This document shows positions 25,842 to 37,510 of a DNA stretch of 63,894 bases, piece by piece. The stretch's first letter is position 1. Each line of letters begins with the position of its first letter. The notes below the pieces were generated by a model. The model had not been told where the DNA came from, made no database searches, and saw only the letters and a list, made by a program, of their open reading frames with translations. Both the position numbers and the translations under genes were made by a program. Source of the stretch: Octopus bimaculoides (Eukaryota); contig NC_069007.1 of assembly GCF_001194135.2 (NCBI RefSeq), forward strand, positions 5,754,146 to 5,818,039, in the 5' to 3' direction.

Positions 25842-26197
25842 ACATGTACATATTTATGTATATATGTATGTTTGTATAGATACATATATATACATATATA
25901 TATATTCTACACACACATGTATATGTATCTGTTTACCTAACTATCCCTACATGCATATATGTATGTGGTGGTGGGAGTACTTCATTATGTTCCTCGAGAT
26001 TGGAACTGTGACTCCTTGGGTTCTAATCTTGTCTACTGCAAGATATTCCAGCCATTTTTTCAACTTGGTTGAATGTGAAATAATGCAGGATATGAAATAT
26101 TAACAACCTCTTGTGTGATGCTGATGCGATATTAAACAAACTGTTAGCTATACTACCATTTTTTTTCCTTCTCCTGGCTTCCAAGCAATAATCAAAA

Positions 26198-27210
26198 GAG
26201 GAGGGGGGAGGAGGAGGAGGTGGAGGAGGAAATGAAAAAGAATGAGGAGGAGGAGACGAAGAAGAAGTGAGAAGATGAAGAAAACAAGGAAGAAGGAAGC
26301 AAGGAAGAAAAAGAAGGAGGACAAAGAGAAAGAAGAGGAGGGGAGGGGAAGAGGAAGAAGGGGATGACAAAGAAAAAGAAGAAATAAAAGGAAGATGGAA
26401 GAGGAGGAAGGGGAGGAGAGGAGAAGAATGAGGAGGAGAAGAAGAAATAAAAGGAAGATGTAAGAGGAGGAAGGGGAGGAGAGGAGAAGAATGAGGAGGA
26501 GAAGAAGAAGAAAAGAAGAATAATAAGAAGAAATAAAAGGAAGATAGAAGAGGAGGAAGGGGAGGAGAGGAGAAGAATGAGGAGAAGAAGGAGAAAAATA
26601 AAAAATAAAAGGAAGATGGAAGAGGAGGAAGAAGAGGAATGAGGAGAAGAAGAAGAAATAAAAGGAAGATGGAAGAGGAGGAAGAGGAGGAGAGGAGAAG
26701 GAGGAGGAGGAGAAGAAGACAAAGAAAAAGAAATGAGAGGAAGATGGAAGAGGAGGAGAGAAGAAGAACGAGGAGGAGAAGAAGAAGAAATAAAAGGAAG
26801 ATGGAAGAGGAGGAAGGGGAGAAGGAGGAGAAGAAGACAAAGAAAAAGAAATGAGAGGAAGATGGAAGAGGAGGAAGAGGAGGAGAGAAGAAGAACGAAG
26901 AGGAGAAGAAGAAGAAGAAGAAAAAGAAGAAGAATGAGGAGAAGAAGAAGAAGAAGAAGAAGAAGAAGAACGAGGAGGAGGAGGAGAAGAAGAAGAAGAA
27001 GAATGAGGAAGGAGAGAAAGAAGAAAATTGAAGAAGAAGAAGATGAAGAAGAAGAAATAAAAGGAAGATGGAAGAGGAGGAGAGGAGAAGAATGAGAAGA
27101 AGAAGAAGAAAAAGAAGAAGAAGAAGAAAGTGAAGAAGAAGAAGAAAGTGAAGAAGAAGAAGAAGAAAAAGAGCAACACCAGCAACACCAAGAGAGAGGA
27201 GAAGAAGTGA
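26198..27210. repeat. About 1 kb purine-rich (GAA/GAG) minisatellite with ~60-bp higher-order units
   Basis: Recurrent gaagaaataaaaggaagatggaagaggaggaaggggaggagaggagaagaatgaggag. Confidence 0.9.
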
Positions 27211-28140
27211 AGCCAACATCGATTGCAATATAAATATACATTTCCAGAGTTTTATCTCCAGTGTAGTTGCTTTGCATTGTTCTGAATCCCAAGACAGGCA
27301 TCCACAAAACTAATAACAGAAATACCTGTTCCAGCTTCAATATTAACCGAAGGATGTTCACAAACGTATAAGCACATTGCACTGCAATATGGTGCAGTGG
27401 GATGCGATGTGGTATCAGATGGAAATGCAATGTTGTTTCAAATGAAATATAGTAATCCATAACAAAATATTCAGTGCTTCATTTTACATGGTGCATGGTA
27501 TTCAGATTCTAATACTACATGGTATATGATACATGATACATACATACTACATGATACATACATACTACATGATACAACGAGGCCCTTCATTGCTGTATTT
27601 TATCTCTGGTGTCATACCATGAAGCTCTGCATTTTAAACCATTATGTGATGCGCTGATTTGTACCCTGTGCCCCTTAAAATGTGCTCTAAATTTTACATA
27701 GCATGCTTAGAGACAAGCTTTCTCTTCTTCACTGCATGCTGTAAGGGGTAAAGACCTCTTTTGATCATGAATGACCATGGGATTGCACCCACAAAGTTCC
27801 CTTCCATGGCACAAGTCTGGGCAAGGTTGTTTATGGAAGACCAGCAGTCACCCATTCATACCAGCCTCCCCACTCCACTGATGTTATCCAAAGGAAAGGC
27901 AAAGGCTGATACAGCTTGGCACCAGTGATGTTGCAACTCATTTCTACACCTGAGTGAACTGGATCAATGTGAAATAAAGTGTCTTGCCCAAGAACACAAC
28001 ACACAACCTGGTCTGGGAATTGAACTCATTACCTCATGATCTTGATCCCAATGCTTTAACCACTGAGCCACTTGGCTTCACTTAACATGATCCTTTACTT
28101 CTACAGGTGGGTGGACAAGCCTTCAGTTTTATGTTCCACC

Positions 28141-28330
28141 ATGAGTGATATCCAAAATACAGTGGAGAAGGCTAGCCACTGGATTTGGCTAAAACGAGAT
28201 GATGAGCGATGGCTAGAGAAATATTGAGCTTTATTTGATAACCAGTTGATCTAGCAAGTGGGGCCTCATATCAGTGAGGGGGGGCTGGTGCGCATTGATG
28301 CCATCGGGAATAGGCCCCGAAACGGTGTGC
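28141..28330 (+). mobile_element. 3' fragment of a HERO/NeSL-like (restriction-like endonuclease) LINE
   Basis: 28141-28227 reads MSDIQNTVEKASHWIWLKRDDERWLEKY*, matching the remembered AExxSxWxWLKR..W C-terminus of this group. A GC-richer UTR follows. Confidence 0.55.
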
Positions 28331-28903
28331 ATTCTCTCCTAATGACCCCATACACTTGCTGGCTTCCAGTATGTGGAGTTCTCGACTGGTAGCACTTGCA
28401 TGTGTGAGTTGTTTGCAAGACATATAGGACAAGCCTTCAGTTTCATGCTCCTGCCATGAGATAACCCTTCATTATCCCATCACAAGCCTTTACTATGACA
28501 CTGCATGCCATGAGACAGGTATTCACTTCTACACTGCTTGCCAAAAGACAAGCCTTCAATACTCTACTGCATTCCATGAGACCATCCTTTGCTGCTGCAA
28601 TATATGCCTGTGTGCAGATGTGCATAGATGTTATTATTTCTTACACATCACTATTTGAGTGAAACAGTGACTGTATACATTTCCTCATTGACATAATGAC
28701 AGGCCACTCTTTGCTTTCAAAACTTGAGGGATGAAAGACATCCCTTTCTTGTAAAACAGGTGAATGTTGGCAACAGGAAGAGCATCCTGCTCGCATGGAA
28801 AAGTGGATGTTAAATGAATGAAGGAGCAAATGAACGAATTTAGTGTCCTATCAACTGGAATACCATTCCAGCCTAATGATTCATTTGTATCTACATTCCT
28901 TCA

Positions 28904-29212
28904 GAGGCGCAATGGCCCAGTGGTTAGGGCAGTGGACTCGCGGTCATAGGATCGCGGTTTCGATTCCCAGACTGGGCATTGTGAGTGTTTATTGAGCGAA
29001 AACACCTAAAGCTCCACGAGGCTCCGGCAGGGGATGGTGGCGAACCCTGCTGTACTCTTTCACCACAACTTTCTCTCACTCTTACTTCCTGTTTCTGTTG
29101 TGCCTGTAATTCAAAGGGTCAGCCTTGTCACACTGTGTCACGCTGAATATCCCCAAGAACTACGTTAAGGGTAGATGTGTCTGTGGAGTGCTCAGCCACT
29201 TGCACGTTAATT
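28904..29212 (+). mobile_element. SINE family B, truncated by a gap
   Basis: Near-identical to the other B copies. Confidence 0.9.
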
Positions 29213-30026
29213 NNNNNNNNNNNNNNNNNNNNNNNNNNNNNNNNNNNNNNNNNNNNNNNNNNNNNNNNNNNNNNNNNNNNNNNNNNNNNNNNNNNNNNNN
29301 NNNNNNNNNNNNNNNNNNNNNNNNNNNNNNNNNNNNNNNNNNNNNNNNNNNNNNNNNNNNNNNNNNNNNNNNNNNNNNNNNNNNNNNNNNNNNNNNNNNN
29401 NNNNNNNNNNNNNNNNNNNNNNNNNNNNNNNNNNNNNNNNNNNNNNNNNNNNNNNNNNNNNNNNNNNNNNNNNNNNNNNNNNNNNNNNNNNNNNNNNNNN
29501 NNNNNNNNNNNNNNNNNNNNNNNNNNNNNNNNNNNNNNNNNNNNNNNNNNNNNNNNNNNNNNNNNNNNNNNNNNNNNNNNNNNNNNNNNNNNNNNNNNNN
29601 NNNNNNNNNNNNNNNNNNNNNNNNNNNNNNNNNNNNNNNNNNNNNNNNNNNNNNNNNNNNNNNNNNNNNNNNNNNNNNNNNNNNNNNNNNNNNNNNNNNN
29701 NNNNNNNNNNNNNNNNNNNNNNNNNNNNNNNNNNNNNNNNNNNNNNNNNNNNNNNNNNNNNNNNNNNNNNNNNNNNNNNNNNNNNNNNNNNNNNNNNNNN
29801 NNNNNNNNNNNNNNNNNNNNNNNNNNNNNNNNNNNNNNNNNNNNNNNNNNNNNNNNNNNNNNNNNNNNNNNNNNNNNNNNNNNNNNNNNNNNNNNNNNNN
29901 NNNNNNNNNNNNNNNNNNNNNNNNNNNNNNNNNNNNNNNNNNNNNNNNNNNNNNNNNNNNNNNNNNNNNNNNNNNNNNNNNNNNNNNNNNNNNNNNNNNN
30001 NNNNNNNNNNNNNNNNNNNNNNNNNN

Positions 30027-30063
<37 letters not shown>

Positions 30064-31307
30064 TTATATGTTTAATTTCCTGACAAATGTTAGCAATAAC
30101 ATTACTGCTTGAAAATTTTCCAACAGGCCATTCACAAATTCACAGCATTTCTTGAGGTGAAATTGACAAGGGAGTGCCAGTAGCTTGGTGCAGAACAATC
30201 ATTGCAAGAGACTTCATTTGTAAAGCATGCTTTATTTTTCTTACTTTTTGCCTACCATTTATGGGCAAAAATATTCTATACCCATATTCATTTTGCCAAA
30301 ACAATACAGGCTCACACACCCAAATACATATATATACACACATATATATCCACATGCATGCACACACATGCACAACATAACAACTGTTACTCTCACCACT
30401 ACTACCACCATCACCACCACACCCTCACACCTTAGCCTTGTTCCTCTCATCATACATAACCCTTTCATCATTTCTCAAATTATCAACACCCTTTGTCTCT
30501 TTTCTTCTTTCAATTGTGGCATTTGTTTAGTCTCACCCATTATAAGGCACCCTCAATAGTGTTGGTGCCACATACAAGAAAAACACTCAGTTAACTCTGC
30601 AAAATGTTTTGCATTAGGAAGGGCATCGATCCCCCAAAAACCATGTTAAACTCATGTGTCAGGGAATGTTTTATCAAAGTAAATTTCTCAAGATTTTTAC
30701 TTCCTTCAACTTTTGAGTTTAATAGGGGTTAATATCTCAAGTGAAAATTAGTGATATTATTAATTAATTAATTAATTAAACAGTTATTGATTTCAAATTT
30801 TGGTACAAGGCCAGCAATTCTGGGGGAGCAGGTTAAGGCAATTACATCAACCTCATACTTTATCAGCCCTGGAAGGATGAAAGGCAAAATTGACCCCGGC
30901 AGAATTTGAACCCAGAATGTAAAGATGCATGAAATGCTTCTAAGCATTTTTCCCATCACGCTAATGATTCTGCCAGCTTGCTGCCTTTCAATCAATTAAT
31001 TTATTACTATTGTTTATTCATTAATGATTTAATTAGAAAATTGCTGCAAAGAAATTCATATTTTGTAGATATATGTTAAAAACATGGGGTTGTTGCACTT
31101 TAATGATCATACAACATATAAGTTTGCAAGCAATGCAAAGCAGAGCTACTGAAGTGTTTTAGAAAAGGACAAAAGGCAAAGTTGACCCCGAAAGGATGAA
31201 AGGCAAACTCAACCTTGGCGGAATTTGAACTCAGAACATAGCAGCAGATAAGATACCGCAAAGTATTTTACCCGGCATGCTAATGATTCTGCCAGCCCGG
31301 CACCCTC

Positions 31308-31381
<74 letters not shown>

Positions 31382-32089
31382 TAATAACAATAAAGCTGAA
31401 GTGAAGGCCAAATATAAAGTGCATGTGTTTAATTGCCAAAATATGACCATCCCCAAGTATAACAATATCTGTTTCAATACACGATTTTGCATCAAGAATC
31501 TTGCAAAATGAATACATAAACATGTATACTTTTTATTTTATATTTTTTATTCACTGAAAAAAATTCAAGTGCACATGTTTTTAAATGTAGTTATATGCAA
31601 TTTAGAAAAAATTTTATTTTTACAAATTTTTTTCTATACAAAATATATCTTTTGTAATGAATTACATATAATGTTTTTATTCACAAGATTTTTTTATATA
31701 TTTAGGGACATTGTAGTAAATCTATTGTGTTTTAAGTAGGTGTATGTTTTTTTTTATATAATTAAAAAAAAAGCAAACTTATCTGCCTAAAATTTTTTAA
31801 AAAACTGTTTTAACTTCTGCAGGGAATGAAGTTTCAGAAAGCAAACAAAAAGGTGAAATATTAAATTTGGCCATACATATACATGGAGCCATACATACGT
31901 GCAATCATATAAACATACACAAATAAGTAAATAAATGAATAAATAAATAAATAAGTAAACAAACGAATAAGTAAATAAATTTATCAACCCCAAAAGGATG
32001 AAAGCCAAAGTCGACCTTAGTGGAATTTGAACTCAGAACATAAAGACAGATGAAATACATCTAAGCTTTTCGCCCAGTGTGCTAATGTT

Positions 32090-32320
32090 TCTTATTTCTT
32101 TATTGCCCACAAGGGGCTAAACATAGAGGGGAGAAACAAGGACAGAAAAAGGGATTAAGTCGATTACATCGACCCCAGTGCATAACTGGTACTTAATTTA
32201 TCGACCCTGAAAGGATGAAAGGCAAAGTTAACCTCAGCGGAATTTGAACCCAGAACGTAACGACAGACAAAATACCTCTAAGCATTTTGCCTGGCATACT
32301 GACGTTTCTGACAGCTTTCC
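32090..32320 (-). mobile_element. SINE family C with the LINE-like C2 tail
   Basis: Tail (reverse complement) ctgtccttgtttctcccctctatgtttagccccttgtgggcaataaagaaata. Confidence 0.85.
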
Positions 32321-32959
32321 ATCTTCACAGCTGGTAAATATTGAAACAGTCAGGCTTCACCACTTTATCACTTTATTATCTCTAAATGCTTCAGTTTTTT
32401 CTACATCTTATTCTCCAGTCTAATTGGAACCTACCTTCCTTATAATCTGACCCTTACCAAAGAATGGTAGTTTATAGTCAATCTGACCCTTCTTAAAATT
32501 TTATTTGTTTCTTTATTTATATATTTTGTATTTTGATTATAATTGTATTCTGTCTGTTGTCACTTATGTCTTTGGGTTTAGTTTTCAGTGAAAGGTGAAT
32601 GGATTAGACCTGATCTGTTAGTAGTATCACGGCAGTGGCAGTAGCAGTAGCAGTAGCAGCAATGGCAGCAGGACTTCGAATTGGTGGAGCAACAAAAACA
32701 GGGTGAAATGGAAGTGAAAAGGTTAAATGAATGAAGAAATGATGAAAGAGACAGAGAGAGAGAAGGAAGCAAGAGATGGAGAAGAGAAGATGAAAGAAAA
32801 AGATGAAGAGAGAAAGAGAGAGGGTGAGTGAGAGAGGGAGGGAGGGAGAGAGAGAGGGGAGGGCAATATGGACTGAAATACTTAAAAATAGGGATAAATG
32901 AAATAAGGCAAAAGCAAGAGATAACATCAATCTTCATGCCAAGTTATAACATAGAGAAG

Positions 32960-32991
<32 letters not shown>

Positions 32992-33553
32992 TATATATAT
33001 ACATGCATATATATACATACATATGTACATATATGCATGTATATATATGTATATATATATATGTGTGTGCACATATATATGCATACATATGTATATGTAT
33101 ATGTGTATGTGTGTATATACATATATATACATATATATGCACATATATATCTATATTTGTAGGGATATCCATTTTCATTCTGCCACTGTCTTTTGATCTA
33201 AACTTCACTTTCTCACTCCACACCCCATTGCCAATTTAATTCCAACCATTCTCTTGCAAATTCTTCAATCAGTAACAATTATCTCCGTTTCTTAAGTGAG
33301 AAAACGAAAGGAAAAAAAGAAACAAAGCAAAAAGACAAAATGCAAATAAAACGATAAAAACAAAAAAGAACAATTCTATTATCCGTAGAATTACTAATGA
33401 AAACTTTGGAAGCAGTTAGATTTTTCCTGAAGCCGTATCATGGTTCTGTTACTTGTTCGTTGTTCGGAATCGAGAAAGGTTAAAATATCATTGCGTGTCT
33501 CTTCAACTGAAAAAGATACACAAGCTTTTAGCTTACATTAAAAAGAAATATAC

Positions 33554-33611
33554 CTCTGATATCGAATAACAATGTACCAGGAGAAGCAAAAAAGAACTGA
33601 AGACAGCAGCT
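33554..33611 (-). CDS. Candidate 58-nt exon
   Basis: Acceptor aatttactttttcacag| and donor GAG|GTATAT. All three frames are open; phase 0 reads SCCLQFFFASPGTLLFDIR. Confidence 0.35.
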
Positions 33612-33756
33612 CTGTGAAAAAGTAAATTTGGTGCTGCCATTGTGAGAGTAGAGAAACAAGCCAAGAAAGACTGTTTAAATGAAATAACAACAATCATTGA
33701 GTTTAAGACATCACTTTAAGTTTTGTTAAACGGTAAAATGAAAATGATGTCATAAC

Positions 33757-34310
33757 TTATTGTTGTATTTGGGGATGGTCATGTTGCCAGTTTAGCCAGT
33801 AAAAACACATGCACTGTATATTTGGTGTGGAATTTCAACCATGTTTCGTGGTCTGCTACCACAACAGCTCCTTTATAGGATCCAGTTAGCTCAAGACATC
33901 ATCAGGAGGAACCACGTCCGGTTTCGGCCCCTACTCCTCTACCGTTTTGACGTGGCGGGGCCCCTCCTTTCGGAAGTGTCTTCAGCTCTGGTGTTGGGTG
34001 CATGTCTTCTTTCACTGTTTGTGACTGTTATAATTCAACTGTGGAATGTCCCTCGCTATGGTTATTTTCCAGGAGGTTCTGGCCACACATTACATTACAT
34101 TAATCCTATTTCGGCCAGAGTTCTTTCGTCACACTTCTGTGACCTCATCAGTGGTCCTTTGCTTTCTTCTTTCTTATATGTGTGTCTTCTTTCTTATATT
34201 GGTGTCATTTATTGGCTAAACTGGCAACATGATCATCCCCAAATACAACAATATCTGTTTCAACGCACAATTTCACATAAAAAATCTTGCAAAACAAATA
34301 TATAAACGGA
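33757..34310 (-). mobile_element. Foldback Penelope-like derivative with inverted arms and a hammerhead motif
   Basis: About 45-bp inverted repeat at 33758-33808 and 34204-34253. Hammerhead fold at 34113-34157. Family arms recur at 31385-31520 and 35125-35475. Confidence 0.6.
34113..34157 (-). ncRNA. Putative minimal type I hammerhead ribozyme
   Basis: GGACCA-CTGATGA-G-GTCACA(GAAG)TGTGAC-GAAA-G(AA)CT-C-TGGCC. Intact core, 6-bp stem II, 2-bp stem III, CUC cleavage triplet, and stem I with one bulge. Confidence 0.55.
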
Positions 34311-34366
34311 TGTCATAACTCTTTGGCATTTAATCCAGCCATATTTGACCTTTATATACTTTTATC

Positions 34367-34790
34367 TTTCCATGCTAGCATGGGTTGGACGATTTGACTG
34401 AGGACTGGTGGAGCCCAAAGGCTAAACCAGGCTCCAATCTGATTTGGCAGAGTTTCTACAGCTGGATGCCCTTCCTAATGCCAACCACTCCGAGAGTGTA
34501 GTAGGTGCTTTTACGTGCCACCGACACGAAGGCCAGTCAGGCGGTACTGGCAATGGCCATGCTCAAAATGGTGTATTTTACATGCCACCCGCACAAGAGC
34601 CAGTCCAGCGGCACTGGCAACGATCTCGCTTGAAAGTCCTTACACATGCCACGGGCACAAGTGCCAGAAAGGCAATGCTGGGCACAGGTGCCATCACAAT
34701 TTCGCTTTCGCTTTCCCCAACAGGTCTTCGCAGGCCAAGTTTCGTGTCCAATGAAGGAGACGACGTTGGCATGGGTGCCAGTCATCGAAC
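34367..34790 (-). mobile_element. SINE family D (core ggttggcattaggaagggcatccagctgtagaaa, internal ~65-70-bp tandem repeats, tail ccaacccatgctagcatggaaa)
   Basis: Other copies at about 6033, 12600, 15020, 21600, 23335, 38520, 39420, 41300, 45690, 57770 and 60520. The core resembles my recollection of the MetaSINE domain (unverified). Confidence 0.8.
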
Positions 34791-34796
34791 TTAGTT

Positions 34797-35046
34797 CGAC
34801 GTAGTGTTATAAAGTACATGCAGAAAAGAAAGGGTTTAACCACCAATGACATTCATGCTGACATGGTTGTTACCTTAGCGGGTGATGCTCCAGCTTTATC
34901 AACAGTGTAAAGTTGGGTAGAGGAATTTTCGAGGGGCAGAGAGAGCCTTGACAATGATCCAAGCTCTAGATATCCTGCAACTATCACCACCAGAGTAAAC
35001 ATTGATCGTGTCCACCACATGGTGATTGGTGACAGACAACTGACTC
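34797..35046 (+). pseudogene. Mariner transposase N-terminal fragment (irritans-like)
   Basis: RSVIKYMQKRKGLTTNDIHADMVVTLAGDAPALSTV*SWVEEFSRGRESLDNDPSSRYPATITTRVNIDRVHHMVIGDRQLT, a mariner HTH region with an in-frame stop. Confidence 0.85.
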
Positions 35047-35124
35047 TTGAGTTTGGAACCGTCTTTGTGCAAACATTTCCTTGTCGTTCATAGTGATGAC
35101 AAAATTTATTTTGTTTAGGATAAA

Positions 35125-35475
35125 AATAGATATTTTTATATTTGGGGATGGTCATTTTTTTTTTGGTGGGGGGGGGGGTTTAATCACATGCACTATATAC
35201 TTGTCCTTCACTTCAGCTTTATTCTTTATTGTTATTTTAGTGTCCTTTGTCCAAAGATTTTTTGGCACACCTTCTGTGACCTCTTCAGCGATTCCCTATC
35301 CCATGACATTAAAATCAAAATAATAATAAAGCTGAAATGAAGAATAAATATAGACTATATGTGGTCATTTAGAAAAGAAAAGAAAAAGAGAAAAATGACT
35401 ACTCCAAAATATAACAATATCTATTTTAGCACACAACTTCACATCAGGAAGTTTGCAAAACAAATACATAAATGA
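35125..35475 (-). mobile_element. Second, more decayed foldback Penelope-like element of the same family
   Basis: Inverted arms (tatttggggatggtca...cttcacttcagctttatt / aataaagctgaaatgaag...ataacaatatct) flank CTGAAGAg-gtcaca-gaagg-tgtgcc-aaaa on the minus strand. Confidence 0.55.
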
Positions 35476-35589
35476 AAGAATAAATATTTTTGCATTTAAA
35501 ATCTCAAAATAGATTTTTGTGTTCTTTATCAGGTTTGTTTAGGGTGTATCAAAGTGACCTTCATTTTCTCCTCTTGAACTAGGATTTGT

Positions 35590-35835
35590 TAAGTTACTAG
35601 TGCATCTATTTCACAAGGCTTTGCTTGTGGATCTATCTTGCAATTTCATCTAAAGGATAACCCTGGCAACATCTAATCTCAAAGATTTGCAACTTGTTGA
35701 TGGAAAACTTAGTGAATCACCATGTTTCACCTGCCTACAGCAAAACAATCTTCATGCTTGTGTTAAAGACCCTGAGCTTTGTGCTTGTCGATTGGTCTGA
35801 ACTGCCTGAAGATAGCTTTAGCTTTTTCTCAATCC
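35590..35835 (-). pseudogene. RTE-clade LINE reverse transcriptase C-terminal fragment
   Basis: EKAKAIFRQFRPI..TKLRVFNTSMKIVLL*AGETW*FTKFSINKLQIFEIRCC resembles the RTE motif TKLRIFNxxVxxVLLYGSETW. Confidence 0.7.
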
Positions 35836-36374
35836 TTGTAAAAAACCAAACTAAGAAATGCTTTTTGATCCAAATTCAGCAATCCTTGAGTTTAAAATGT
35901 CACTTTAATTTTTGTCAATCAGCAGTTTTGACAAAAATGAAAGTGAAATCTTGAGCTCAAAGATTGTCCAAATTTATAACCAAAATAAGGAGAAAACATC
36001 GTGACTTTACTCTCAACAAGGATCTCACTAAATCCTTTCATTGGTTTCAATTTTTAATTAATTTTATAATAATTAAAATTCCAGGATTGTTTCGCCTGCC
36101 TCTTTTGACCAATATTAATGATTAAGCTAATGAGTAGTTCTTTCTCTCTTCTCATCATTACTGGCATAATTTGAATTAATTAAAATTTATGCTCCCATGG
36201 ATCTGAGAAATTAGCAGAGTTTTCAAACCACATCAGATGAGATCTCTTTGCTCTGAAGTGAGATTTAAGCTAAACTAAAGCCAGTTACCAGTCACTAATT
36301 TACTGGCTTTGAATCAGTATTATATGAAGTCCATCCTGGATGTGAATGGGATTACGATATCCATACTGTTTTAT

Positions 36375-36584
36375 CTTGGACTTGTTTCAGTCACTGGAGT
36401 GCGGCCATGCTCGAACACCACCTTAAAGGATTTTAGTTGAGTAAATCGACCTCAGGACTTCTTTTTAAGCCTTGTACTTATTCTATCGGATCCCTTTTAC
36501 TGAACTGCTAAGTTACAGGTCTTTAAACAACACATTGACCAAGTGGAAGTAGGGGACAAACACAGACACAGGGAGATAGATATG

Positions 36585-36638
<54 letters not shown>

Positions 36639-37510
36639 AAAGCTTCTTTCAGTTTCTATCTACCAAATCCACTCACAAGGCTTTGATTAACCCAGGGTTA
36701 TAGACGAAGACTTATTTTTTAGTTTGGTATTCATTCTATCAGTTATTCTTTTATTCTTTTACATGTTTCAGTCATTTGATAGCGGTCATGTGGGAGCACC
36801 ACCTTAAAGGGTTCAAATCAAAGAAATCGACCCCGGGACTTATTCTCTGTAAGCCTAGTACTTATTCTATCTATCTATCTGCCTGCCCGCCCGCCAGTCT
36901 GTCTGTCTATCTATCTCTGTCTATCTAGTACTTTATTCTCGTTTGCTGAATCACTAAGTTACAGGGACATAAACACACCAACATCGGTTGTCAAGCAATG
37001 GTGGAGGGACAAACACAGACACACACACATGAATATACATTCACACACGGACACACATGCACACACACACACACACATACACACGCACACACATACGTAT
37101 GATGGGCTTCTGTCTACCAAATCCACATACAAGGCTATAGTAGAAGACACTTGCCCAAAGTGTCACACAGTTGGACTGAACCTAGAACCATGTCATTGGT
37201 AAGCAACCTACTTACCACACAGCCATGCCTGCCCTTATCATTCTCTTTTGCCAAACTGCTTAGTTACAGAGACACTAACATATCCAGCACAGGTTGTCAA
37301 GTGGTGGGTGAGAACAAACATAGGCACACACACATGCACAAACATGTACACTCACACACATACACAAGGGCTTCAATACAGTTTCTATCTATCAAATTCC
37401 CTCATAATGCAGTGGTCGATAGCTACACTAGAAGATACTTGCCCAAGGTGCCATGCAGTGGGATTGAACACAAAATCATGTGCTTACAAAGCAAGTTTCT
37501 TAACCACATT
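36375..37510 (-). mobile_element. Cluster of three family A SINE copies (about 36375-36712, 36745-37232, 37240-37510)
   Basis: Successive matches to the family A reverse complement, with different degrees of decay. Confidence 0.8.

Noticed and set aside
26023-27460. Long S/F/L-rich minus-strand ORFs and flanking protein-like pieces (e.g. LKKWLEYLAVDKIR)
   Set aside because: The length comes from the stop-free pyrimidine tract, and the flanking pieces lack convincing splice-site pairs.
32582-32600. Possible 6-nt plus-strand microexon (ttttcag|TGAAAG|gtgaat)
   Set aside because: Such motifs occur by chance in 64 kb of AT-rich DNA, and no plus-strand gene is established.
33843-33985. Additional complete hammerheads inside the 33757-34310 element
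   Set aside because: Core words are present, but stems I and II could not be paired consistently, so they are counted only as relics.
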